Assembly (NCBI GenBank): GCA_028534125.1
Contig: CM052818.1
Location: forward strand, 808,001-872,000
DNA from: Lama glama
Lineage: Eukaryota
Reading direction: 5' to 3'
DNA: 64,000 nucleotides
Both the position numbers and the translations under genes were made by a program. The number at the start of each line of letters is the position of its first letter. The first letter of the stretch is position 1. This document shows, in pieces, positions 51,886 through 64,000 of this stretch. The notes under the pieces were generated by a model, which searched no databases, was not told the origin of the DNA, and was given only the letters and a program-made list of their open reading frames with translations.

Positions 51886-53364
51886 TTTCATCAATGAATC
51901 CATTAGATTCAGAAAATGTCCTGATAGCCAGTACTATTATAACATTCTAGATTTCCTCCTTAGGAGTTCTAGTCTACCTCTATAGGCTTTGATAGGTTTG
52001 TAGAAGTCTGTTTCCTTATGGTTTTTTTTTGTTCTTGACTGATTTATAAGGAATGTATATATTGTTTCTATATAAAATTGTTAAATCCAAGATAGAAATC
52101 AATTTTATTATGTTTTCTAACCTACTTATTGTTTTTTTCTTAACCATCTTTACTTGTAGCTTTTCATTATTTAGCTAAAATTTTTGGTTAAACAGTGAAT
52201 TCATTTGACTTTACATTTTTTTAATAAAAAAAATGAGACGATGACATATTGATAGTAATCTACATGCTTAGATTGTATAATGTATTGATTTTCATTATTT
52301 TGTGAATAGTCTACTGCTGGACTCTTCTTCCTTAACCAACTCAAATGTTTTTAAAGAGAATATAGTTTTTTCTCTTTCATTCCCAAATGACCCACTATCC
52401 ATAAAAAGAAAATGTACTGCAATTTAGAAAGATTTCACATTTTCACAAAACATTTCAAAAAAACAAGACTTTTGTCTTCAAAGAGTTAGTTCTAGTATTT
52501 AAAATTCATTATCCAAATGCTCTTGCAGTAATTTAAAAAAAAGATACACAACTATCCACTACTTAATATCCCTTATGTAAATATATACAGAGAAAAAACA
52601 TTGGAGAGGAATATTCTAAAATATTAACACTACTCATCTATGGCTTGTGGGCTTATAGAACAGGAGACCTTCGACACTCCAAAATTTATTAATCTCTTCA
52701 ATGTCAGATAAATTGGTCAAAGCTGTAACATTGAATTGCTATTGGAAACATGAACTTTTTAATATTTGAAAATAAAAGAAATATAAGAATGATTATATTA
52801 AGTTTTTTCTTCTGAGAGCACTCTTAAATACAGGATAGTGGGCCAATGAATGGATTTTAAAACAAGGGAACTTCATTCACCTTGTGACCCTCATTGCAGT
52901 AAAATCTTGGGTTCCCCTACTCATCACTCAGTCCCTCTGACCACGGTTTGAGTCTGTTCCCAAAATGTATTCCTCACTATTGATGAGAGACATAACCATG
53001 TGTTCTCCTGCCCACCCTCTGACCTCCAAAGATCACTAACTCAACTCTAGCTCTTCAACTGCAACAATTTTATAACCTTATGAAGGCAACTATCCTATCA
53101 CATTTATACTCTTCTTAATTCCTTCCTTACCTGTATTTCCCTCTTTACCACTCTGATAGTTCATAGTCATCCTTACAGTCACAGCTTTGCAAACATCTCT
53201 AACTTTCTTACCTTTTTCTCCCACTATCCTATCTGCCTGGCAAAATATCTGGTTGAACCTTCTTGCCTGAATCCAAGCAGCAGCACATTGCTGAAGAAAG
53301 TACACACCCAGACTGGTTTTCCTTTAGACTAATGACATTAAACCTAAGGGCACTCAGCCCTGCC

Positions 53365-53864
53365 NNNNNNNNNNNNNNNNNNNNNNNNNNNNNNNNNNNN
53401 NNNNNNNNNNNNNNNNNNNNNNNNNNNNNNNNNNNNNNNNNNNNNNNNNNNNNNNNNNNNNNNNNNNNNNNNNNNNNNNNNNNNNNNNNNNNNNNNNNNN
53501 NNNNNNNNNNNNNNNNNNNNNNNNNNNNNNNNNNNNNNNNNNNNNNNNNNNNNNNNNNNNNNNNNNNNNNNNNNNNNNNNNNNNNNNNNNNNNNNNNNNN
53601 NNNNNNNNNNNNNNNNNNNNNNNNNNNNNNNNNNNNNNNNNNNNNNNNNNNNNNNNNNNNNNNNNNNNNNNNNNNNNNNNNNNNNNNNNNNNNNNNNNNN
53701 NNNNNNNNNNNNNNNNNNNNNNNNNNNNNNNNNNNNNNNNNNNNNNNNNNNNNNNNNNNNNNNNNNNNNNNNNNNNNNNNNNNNNNNNNNNNNNNNNNNN
53801 NNNNNNNNNNNNNNNNNNNNNNNNNNNNNNNNNNNNNNNNNNNNNNNNNNNNNNNNNNNNNNNN
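53365..53864. other. Assembly gap (500 N)
   Basis: N run. Confidence 1.
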
Positions 53865-54106
53865 TTTTTAATTGTACAGATATATTTAAAACCCTTGATC
53901 TAGATGGGAACCAAAACATTCCAACATTTCAAAACACTCAAATGTGTAGTTTACTGTACAAGTATAGCACAATAAAGGTAAAAAAAAATGGAAAAGAGAT
54001 TTAAACCAACCTTTCACTAAAGAAGAAACACGGATGGCAAACAAGCACACTAAAAGATGCACATGATCATTAATCATTAGGAAAATGCACATTAAAACCA
54101 CAATGA

Positions 54107-54258
54107 AAGGGAGGAGGAGGTAGCTCAAGTGGTAGAGTACGTACTAGTATGGAGGAGGTCCTGGGTTCAATCCCCAATACTTCCTCTAAAAATTAAAACA
54201 AGCAAACAAACAAACCAACCAACCTTTTCCACCCCCACCCCCACCCCGAAAAAACAAC
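54107..54258 (+). mobile_element. tRNA-derived SINE (vic-1-like) inserted in an L1 3' fragment (~53980-54900)
   Basis: tagctcaagtggtagag...ggtcctgggttcaatccccaatac; TSD aaaaccacaatga on both sides. Confidence 0.85.
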
Positions 54259-55465
54259 AAAACCACAATGAGACACCTTAATATATCTAAAATGACTAAA
54301 ATTTTTAAAACAAAACCCAAAAAAACTGGCAATACCAAGCTCTGGCAAGAATGCAAAGCAACTAGAACTCTTATACACTGTGGGGAATGCAAAATGGTAG
54401 AGCCACTTTGGAAAACAGTTTGGCACTTTCTTATAATGTTAAACATACAGTTACTATATCAGCCAGCAGTCCCACTCCTAGGTATTTACCCAAAAAAAAA
54501 TGAAACCATCTGTCTACTTAAAAACTTGTAAATAAGTGAAATACTGCTCAGCAATAAAAAAAATTTAAAAGAACATACTATTGATTCATGCAACATGTCT
54601 GAATCTCAAAAGCATGTGTGAAGTTAAAGAAGCCAGATTCAGGAGTCAACACACCATAATTCTGAAAGGCAAAACTATTGGGACAAAAATCAAATCAGTG
54701 GTTGCCAGGGACTAAGGAAGAGAGAGAAAACTGACTACAAAGGGGCACAAGGAAATCTGGGGGAGGGGGTGATGGTAATCAAATGTGTACTAGTCTTATA
54801 ACTGTATATATTTGTCAAAGCTCATCAAAATGTGTATCTAAAAGAGTGAATTTGGCTGTATTTAAATCATACCTCAAAAACCCAACTTTTTAAAAAATGA
54901 GTTAAAAATATCAGAAAATGGAGACTGAAAACTCCTGAAAATTTCACTTAATTGGGAGCAAAATATTAAATGGGGCCATAGCTGGAGGAGAAGAGAAGAT
55001 GACACATTAGTATTCAAGTTGCTAGAGATGATAAGTTCTAGACTGTGACCAAGAATGAGTAGGAGAAAATTGGGAGGAGTGGAGGAAAAATCTCTGCAGG
55101 TTAGATCAAAGATCCAAGAGTTTCAGACGCTGGATAGGTAATGTTAGCTAAAGTGAAAGAAATTAAAAGAGGACAGTGCAGCAAGAGCTATAGTTTTCAG
55201 TAAATAAAATGGAGGTAATCCGGATGCCAGCAACAAGGATGAAGGAGCAGAATGACCAGGAGAAAAGAGGGGAGAGAATTAGGAAGTAACATAATGCTCC
55301 ACCTATTCTGAGGAACTCAGGAATAAAGGCAGAAGTGAAAGGCTACAGGATCCATCCATGGTTTCTATTTTATAATACAGGGACAAAAGGGAGACATCTA
55401 TTTTTGGACTGTGCTCTACCATAAACAAGCCCTCAGAGAATTTTAAACTATTTAGGGATTACCTC

Positions 55466-55890
55466 TGTATTCATTTCCTAGGGCTGCCATTATGAAGGTG
55501 CACAAACTGGGGAGCTTAAAACGACAGAAATTTCTTCTCTCGCGGTTTTGAAGGCTAGAAGTCCAAAATCAAGGTGATGGCAGGGCCATGCTCCATCCAA
55601 AGCCTCTATGGGAGGATCCTTCCTTACCTCTTCTATCTTCTGGTAGGCCCAGGCATTCTCTGGTTTATGACAGCCTAGCTCCAATCTCTGCCTCTGTCTT
55701 CACACGGCTGACCTCTTCCTGTGTGTCTCTCTTCTAAGGATACCAGTCATGTTGAATTAAGGGCCCACTCTACTCTAGTATGATCTCATCTTAATTTAAA
55801 TAATCGTATCTACAATCACTGTTTCCAAATGAGGTCACATTCTGAGGTACTGGGGATTAGAACTTCAACACATCATTCTGGGGGACAATA
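55466..55890 (-). mobile_element. MaLR LTR (MLT1B/C-like)
   Basis: tgtattcatttcctagggctgcc...aggctagaagtccaaaatcaaggtg...ggtcacattctgaggtactgggg. Confidence 0.8.
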
Positions 55891-56194
55891 AAAATCCCCC
55901 TTCGATTTAATGGTCACAGAGTACTGTGCTTTTTCTGGTCAGGGCTTCTCTTAACACCTTTCTCTTGGCAACAGTAGAACTTCTTCCTCCATATCTTGCA
56001 TCTATTGGATAGTAACTGCAATTTAGGGGAAACTGAAGGTACTAGAAGAAATCTAATAGCCAAATTATTAGTAATCAACCTTAAATATTTAAGGTAAGGC
56101 TGCATTTTTCCTCCAACAAACATATATGAGTTTTTTTTTTTCTATCTGTTCACAATTTTTCCATTTCTTCTGAGGTTATTACTATGTTTTAGGT

Positions 56195-57199
56195 CAGTGG
56201 TTCCCAAAGTGTGGTCTGAAGATCCCTGGGAATATTAACACCCTTTCAGTGGGCCTCCCTTTTCTAACAATGTATCTATGTAAGGCCAGAATTTCTTTAC
56301 ATACTTAAACCAAAACAATACATCCCAGTGGACTAAATGCAGAAGCAGATGTAAGAATTCAGTTATGATAATTTATGCTAATTTTATATATCAATTTGGC
56401 TGGGCCATAGGGTGCCCAGATATTTGGTTAAACATTCTGGGTCCATCTGTGAAGGGGTGTCTGGATTATATAAACATTTGTCCATAGACCCAGTAAAGCA
56501 GATTGCCCTTCCCAATGTGGGCAGGCCTCATCCAATCCATAAAAGGCCTGAATATAACAAAAGGCTGAGCAAGAGAGAATTTGCTCTATCTGGTCTGAGC
56601 TGAGACATCAGTCTTCTCCTGCGTTTGGACTCAGACTTGAAGTGGAACTTACACCACCAACTGGCCTGGTCCTCGGACCTTCAGACTTGGGCTGGAACAT
56701 ATACCATCAGTTGACTGCTGGTTCTCAGGCCTTCAGATTCAGACTGGAAATATACTATCAGCTCTCTTGGGTCTCTAGCTTACAGATCTCAAGAATTCTC
56801 AGCTTCCATAATTACACAAACCAATTCCTTATAATATGTATATTTGTGCATATATATTTATGTATGTATATGTTTCCTATTAGTTCTATTTTTCTGGAGT
56901 ACCCTGTGCAGTACATCAACTGTCTTCTACTAAGCCTGACATTAAAGACACAGGCAAAAATGTTAAACAATGCCACTGTTTCAACTATTTTTTTTTTGTT
57001 TTAAAAAAGTCACTTTTCATTTTAAAGTATATTTTTATGTTACTATGTAATGGGTTTGTTATTTTTTAAATATTTACTTTTTAGTAAGCAAAATATTGAT
57101 ATAGATAAACCTTATAAATAAAACCTCTTTGAAATACTTTTGAAGTCTATAAAGGGGTCCTAAGACCAAAAAAAAAAGAGAAGAAAAAGCAAACTGCTG
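56195..57199. mobile_element. Charlie1-like hAT element split by an MLT2 LTR
   Basis: Starts cagtggttcccaaagtg; the aatgcagaagcagat...cag | ctgtcttcta.taagcc junction is interrupted by the LTR. Confidence 0.65.
56365..56915 (+). mobile_element. ERVL LTR (MLT2-like)
   Basis: ggctgggccatagggtgcccagatatttggttaaacatt...gcagattgcccttcccaatgtggg...cctattagttctatttttctggag. Confidence 0.8.
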
Positions 57200-57338
57200 T
57201 TTTATATAATTAAGGCTGCCAAAGATCTATGAGAAAAATGAAACATTAAAGTAGTTCACCTCTTTCCATTCTTCATAGTTAAATCATAATTATCCATGCT
57301 GCTTATCAAAAGATAGCTTGCAGTTACACAAGACATAC

Positions 57339-57464
57339 CTGATCATCCCCAGAACCCCACTGAGCTGTTTTTTTCAAAGAGCCCATGTTAGTATCAGAAA
57401 TCTGTGTTCTGCTATTGTCTTGATATAACGGCTGTTGCCATACATGACGGGTCAATGGAACAAC
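57339..57464 (-). CDS. ALMS1: ALMS1 coding exon (human exon 2 equivalent), 126 nt, phase 0-0
   Basis: tttcag|GTT...CAG|gtatgt. Encodes VVPLTRHVWQQPLYQDNSRTQISDTNMGSLKKTAQWGSGDDQ, matching recalled human ALMS1 VVPLTCHVWQQ...GSGDDQ. Confidence 0.93.
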
Positions 57465-59274
57465 CTGAAAATCAAAACCAGATTTAAATGAAGTAGTAAC
57501 ACATTCCCTATGGCTAAACAATAGTAAACAAAATCTAACATTTAGATTATGTTTCTCAGTTTATAAAACACTTTCACAAATATAATAACATTTCAACTTC
57601 ACAATCACTGTCCAAATTATTATCTTCACTTAAAAATAAAGAAACAGGGATTTAAGGTTACCTGGTAAGGACTCGACACATTCCAACAAACCACAGCAGT
57701 TCCTTAACCTCCAATACTTTCAGAGGTAAAAGAAGCAAACAGAAACAAGCAAGTTACCTGTTTTGAAATCTTATTGTTTGAGAGACCTAAGAAATTAACC
57801 TTAATAATAGGAACCAAAATCATCTCACAGCATGGAGAGTGAGAACAAGTGTCAGACATATTTTATGAAATCCGAGGTTGAGACAGGGCCACCCATCATG
57901 AAAGAAGGCAATAAAAGCTGTGACTACTGCACAAGGCTGAAGCAATGCACAAGAAAAAAAATCAGAGGCAATCAAACAAATGACTTAGGTCAAACACCGA
58001 CTGGTTCTAGAGATTTTCCCCAATAACCCTGGAGAGTAAGAACCGAAAGCTTCCAATGTAAGATCTCCTTCTAAAGAAGCAGCCACAAAGGGCAAGGCAG
58101 AGACAACCACAGAAACACCAGGTAGAGAAGGCTGCACCAAAAGACAAAACAAAATAACACTGCTGCTAAAAATGAGATTATAAACTATACTTTCGAAATA
58201 CTTTAAAATAAGAATATCTCAGATCCTCAAAGAGATTTAAAAAGAAAAGACACCATCTCCATAAAAAAAGAAGAGGTTATTAAAAGTAAAACAGGCAGTT
58301 AGGAGTCAAGAGAAGATGAATGCTAACAAAACCACAAAAGTGAATGAGGCTCTGAAGGAAATCCAAGGTCATAAGATTTTTTCCAGAATTAAAACTGTTA
58401 CTACACTAACAAAACATTTTTACAGAGTACTTTCAACAATGTGCTTTTGATCATAGAAAGGCCAGATTAATTTAAAATCTATTCAATAACTGAAGAGATT
58501 TCTATGGTGTCAACTCGTCCAAGAGGTTTTTCTGAAAAGGTAGAGCACTATGGGGCACACCCACCTTGCTTCAATGACATTTTCAATGGACAAAGAATAA
58601 AGAGCAAAGAAAGGCATTTTGCAAATTCACTGTGGCAACCTGAAATCCCTAAATAAATACAATACAGCCAATGTTTTGGCACAGTTAGTCTTCTTTGAGC
58701 CCTCCAGGAAAGAAGAATGCCAAAATGAATGTTCAAAATGGCTATTCACTGCAACCAAATAATGCTGGGTGTAGAGCACAGGGTCCTGCCTTTGAAAACA
58801 AGTGATTCACAACAGCTTATAATTAGAAAGTTCAATTCATTAGGATATTTGTAGAACACTAATAATACAATATTAAGAAACTAGCACTTTGACAACTATC
58901 CCAATGTGTGACAAAAAAGAACACACACCTCACTTTTATCAGCTAAAAGGAAAAAAAAAACCTCGAAGTTAAAATTAATGTTGAAAGAAAAGTTCTTATT
59001 AAAAAATACACATTTCCCAGGACTTCTTACTTTTATTACCTACCTTCATTGAGAAACTAATTGCCACTACATTGCCATATGCTTGGTCACTGTTCCTGCC
59101 TCTGGACTGTGGTATAACCAAACACTTAAAGGAGGGTTCTTAAGATGAGTGCTTCAAAACTAAGCAAATGTCATCAGCAACTTTCTGATTTGAGATTAAA
59201 TGCCGTTTGGCATAATTAAACAGTTTCAGAGTCTTCCCCTGAGTCAGTTTTTAACATTAAAAGTTAGTGGTCTT

Positions 59275-62200
59275 CCAACTATATGCTATCTATCAAAGAA
59301 ACATTTAAGATCTAAACACAAAGAGGTTGAAAGTAAAAGGATGGAAAATCATATTTCACCCAAAAAGTAACCAAAAGAGCACAGGAGTGGTGATACTAAT
59401 TTCAGACAAAATGGACTTTAAACTGAAAGTCTTACAAGCAACAAAGAAGGGCATCATGTAATGAAAATAGGGCCAATTAACCAAGAAGATATAAAAAGTA
59501 TAAATATTTATGCACCAAATTCCAGAGCGCCTAAATTAATGAGGCAGATGTTGAAAGATCTGAAGGGAGAAATACACAACAACACAAAACCCCACTTTCA
59601 ACAATGCCTAGAACAACCAGACAGAAGAACAAGGAAACAGCGAAACTGAACAACACTACAGACCAATCATACCTAACAGATATATAAAGAACACTCCACC
59701 AATAACAGAACACATTTTGTCAAGTACATATGGAGCCTTCTTTGGGATACAACACATTTAGCCACAAAACAAGTCTGAATAAATTCAGGAAAACAAATAT
59801 ATACATAATACACAAAGTATTTTCCAATCACTAGAAATAAACAGCACAAGAAAACCTAGACATTTCACAGTATATGGAAATTAAACACTACACTCTTACC
59901 AAATCAATGGGTCAGACAAGAAGTCACAAAGGAAATTAGAAAATACCTTCACACAAATGAAAATGAAAACACAAAATACCAAACTTAAGGATGCAGTGAA
60001 AGCAGTACTAAGAAACAAGTAAATGCATATATTTTAAAAAGGCAAGATCTCAGGTCAACAACCTAACTTGTACCTCAAGAAACTAAAAGAAGAACTAATC
60101 CTAAAGCAGGAAAAGAAGGAAATAATAAAGATTAGAGCACAGATAAATAAGTAGTCAACAGAAAAAAAAAAATCAGTGAAGCTAAAAGTAGCTTTTTTTT
60201 TTTAGAAGATCAACAAAAGTGACAACCCCATAGCTAGACTGACTAAGAAAAAAGGTAATAAAAAATTAAAACAAATTAATTAAAATTAAAATTAATTAAA
60301 ACAAACCTCTGTACGTAAAAAGACACCACCAAAATAGTAAAGAGGTAATCCATAGAATGGGAGAAAGTATCTGCAAATCATATATCTGATAAAAGATTAA
60401 TATCCAGACTATATAAAGAACTCCTAAAACTCCAAAAAAAAAAAAATTTAACAAATGGGCAAAGAACTTGCAGAGACATTTCTCCAAACATATACAAATG
60501 GCCAATAGGCACATGAAAAGATGCTCAACATCACTAATCATTAGAGAAATGCAAATCAAAACTACAATGAGCCATCACCTCACACTCATCAAAGATGGCT
60601 ACTATCAAAAAAAGAGAAAATAACAAATGTTGGCAAGGATGTGGAGAAACTGGAACTCTTATGTAATGCTGGTGGACTACAAAATGATGCAACCACTATG
60701 GGAAACAGTAGGGAGGTCCTCAGAAAACTAAAAGTATAACTACCATATGATCCAGCAATTCCACTTCTGGATATATATCCAAAAGAACTGAAGGCAAGCT
60801 CTCAAAGAGATATTTGCAAACTCATGTTCACAGCACCACTATTCACAATAGCCAATAGGTAGAAGCAACCCAACTGTCTTATCAACTGATAAAGGGCCAA
60901 AAAAGTATGATACATACATACAATGGAAAATTATTCAGCCTTAAAAAGGAAACTAATATTGTCACACGCTACAACACGGAAGAACCTTGAGGACATTAAG
61001 CTAAGTGAAATAAGCCAGGCACAAAAGACAAATACTGTATGATTCCACATGATTCCACTTAAATGAGGTATCCAGAGCAATCAAATTCATAGAAACAGAA
61101 AGTAGAATGGTGATTGCTGGGCTAGGGTGAGGGAGAACGGGGAGTTGCTTAACAGAGTTTCAGTTTTGCAAGATGAAAAGAGTTCTGGACATTAGCTGCA
61201 CAAAAATGTTAATGTATTTATCATTATTAAACTGTATACTTTAAAATGGTTAAGATGGTAAATTTTGTATATGTCCACAATTAAAATTTTTAAAAAAACT
61301 TTCAATCCCCAGATTAAAAAAAATTGCTCGATAACAAACCTGTTTTACAGGAAATACGAAGGGAATGTCTTCAGGATGAAAGCAAGTGACTCTAGAGAGT
61401 AATTCAAATTTATGCAAAATAACAAAGAATCAAAGCAAATTTGCAGGCAATTGCAAAAGATAGTATAATTGCATATTTCTCCTCCTTTCTTCCCTTCAAT
61501 CATCTAAAAAGCAATTGTATGAAACAATATATATCTAATTGTACTTTGGGGCCTATAACATATAGAAATATATTTGACAACAACCACACAAAGGAGGTCA
61601 ACAGAAACAGACCTGTATTGGAGTAAGGAAATGACACCAGATGAAAACTCAAAAGAAGGGGAAAAATGAAGAGTACAAAAAAGGAAACAAAAGAAGATTA
61701 TAACATGATAAATTCTACCAATAGCTACTTGTCATTCTCCCTTCTCTAAGATTCCTCAAAAGACGTATGATAAAAGTATTAACTATAACAGTATATTACT
61801 GGGTATATAACAGATATAGACATATGTGCAACAATAATAACATTAAAAGGGGAGTAGGAAATAGAGCTATATAGGCATAAAGTTTCTATATTTCACTGGA
61901 ACTAATTCCTAGTGAATCTGAAGCAGGTTCTGATAAGTTAAGATGCATATTGTAAGTCCTAGAAAATAACTCAAGAATTATAATTTTAGAAATCATTAGA
62001 ATTAAAATGATATGAGAGAAAGATATGCACTTAGTACAAAAGGTGGCAATATAAGGACTAAAGGAACAAAAAACATGAGACATACAGAAAATAAAAAGCT
62101 AAACAGCAGATATAAATCCAAACATATCACTAGCACTTAATGTAAATGAATTAAATGATAAAATCAAAGGCAGTTAGACTACATGAAAAACAAGATTCAA

Positions 62201-62565
62201 CTACATACTGTCTACAGGAGACATACTTTAGGCTGAAAATACAAACAGGTTGAAAGTAGAAGGATGAAAAAAAGATTTACCACGAAAACAATCACAAAAG
62301 AGAGAGTGGCTACAGTAATATAAAAAAAAAATCAAAACAAAGGTTACTAAAGATAAAGAGGGACACTTCAGAATGATAAAAGGGTCAATCCACCAAGAAC
62401 ACATAACAATAAAAAATATGCACCTAACATCAGAGTTCCAAAATACCTTAAGTAAAAACCAACAGAAATGAAGGGGAAAAGAGATAATTCAAAATAATTA
62501 GACTCAAAACTAAACTTGCCAAAAGTGGATGGATCAAGATTCTGTGTGTGATTCTTAAAATACTT

Positions 62566-62598
<33 letters not shown>

Positions 62599-64000
62599 TA
62601 TCAGAACAAAAGTCAATGGCATTCCTATATACCAGGAATGAACAATTGGAATTTGAAATTAAAAACATACTACCATTCACATTAGCTCCCCCCAAAATTA
62701 AATACTTAGGTATAAATCTAACAAAATATGTACAAAATCTATGTGAGGGAAGCTATAAAACTCTGATGAAAGAAATCAAAGAAGAACTAATTAAACGGAC
62801 AGACAGCCCATGTTCATAGTTAGAAAGACTCAAGATGGTCAACATGTCAGTTCCTCCCAACTTGCTGTATGGAGTCAATACAATTCAAAATCCAAGCAAA
62901 TTATTTTGTGGATATTGACAAACTGGTTCTAAAGTTTACCTAGAGAGTCAAAAGACCCAGAAGAGCCAGCAAAAAATTGAAAAAGTCAAAGTGGGAGAAC
63001 TGATACTATCTGACTTAAAGACTTTCTGTAAAGCTACAAGTAATCAAGACAGCGCAGTATTGGCAAAAGACTAGACAAATAGATCACATAACACAACAAA
63101 GCCCAGAAATAGACCCAGATAAATAAGAGACAATTTATCTTTAACAAAAGAACAAAGGCAATGTAATGGAATAAAGACAGTCTTTCCAACAAATGGTGCT
63201 GGAACAACTGGACATCCACATGCAAAAGTGAAACGAGACACAGATTTTATACCCTTCACAAAATTTAACTCAAAATGGATCATAGATGTAAATGCTGAAT
63301 GCAAAACTGTAAAAACTATAAAACTACTAGAAGATAATATAGGAGAAAACCTGGTTGTCCTTGGGTATGGGATGACTTTTTAGGTACAACACCAAAGGCA
63401 CAATCCTTGAAAGAAATAATTGATAAGCTGGACTAACCAAAACTGAAAATTTTTGTTCTGTGAAAGACAATGTCAAGAGAATGAGAAGACAAGCCACAGA
63501 CAGGGAGATAATATTTGTATAAGACATATCTGATAAAGGCCCTTTAACCAAAATACACAAAGAACTCCTAAAACTCCACAACACAAAAACAAACAACCCA
63601 GTTAGAAAGTCGGAAATAGATCACCAAAGAAGATATACAGCTGAAAAATAAGCATATGAAAAGATGCTGAACATATTATTAGCATACAATCTGTAATCAG
63701 GCTCCTTGGGATTGACCCAGTTAGACTGAAAACATATGTCCACATAAAAACCTGCACAGGAATATTTAGCACAGCTTCACTCATAAGTGCCAAAACTTGA
63801 AAGCAACTAAGATATCCTTTAGTAGGTGAATGGATAAACTGTGGTACATCCAGACAATGTAGTATTATTCAGCACTAAAAAGAAATGAGCTACCGAGTCA
63901 TGAATATATATGGAGAAAACTATATTGTACTATAATGGTGGATACATGCCATGATACATTTGTCAAAAACCACAGAATGTACAATACCAAAAGTGAACCC
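59275..64000 (+). mobile_element. Series of L1 fragments (endonuclease region, L1MB-like 3' end ~60300-61300, inter-ORF and ORF2 3' pieces)
   Basis: INQEDIKSINIYAPNSRAP and [11 protein letters not shown] peptides, plus L1 3' motifs. Confidence 0.85.

Noticed and set aside
53263..53919. ORFs of about 200 aa
   Set aside because: Almost entirely X residues from the 500-N gap.
13530..64000. Most long L1s lie on +, antisense to ALMS1
   Set aside because: This is the well-known orientation bias of intronic L1s.

Overview
This is mammalian genomic DNA, most likely camelid (three tRNA-Ala-derived vic-1-like SINEs). It covers the 5' half of ALMS1 (Alstrom syndrome centrosomal protein) on the minus strand. 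Nine coding exons have canonical AG/GT boundaries and consistent phases, and correspond to human exons 2-10 (numbering and human comparisons are from memory). They include the giant 47-aa tandem-repeat exon 8. The introns are mostly L1 fragments, plus MaLR/ERVL LTRs, DNA-transposon MITEs and a decayed env-bearing ERV. There are three N gaps. The most notable signal is hidden coding capacity between exons 5 and 7. The 1542-nt intron 5 keeps both splice sites but is a stop-free, in-frame 514-codon ORF (exitron-like), and a 147-nt coding repeat runs across its donor. There is also a candidate 150-nt phase-0 cassette exon after exon 6 and an in-frame 69-nt upstream acceptor for exon 7. Exon 8 contains a recently homogenised 282-nt two-unit higher-order repeat that is broken by an assembly gap.
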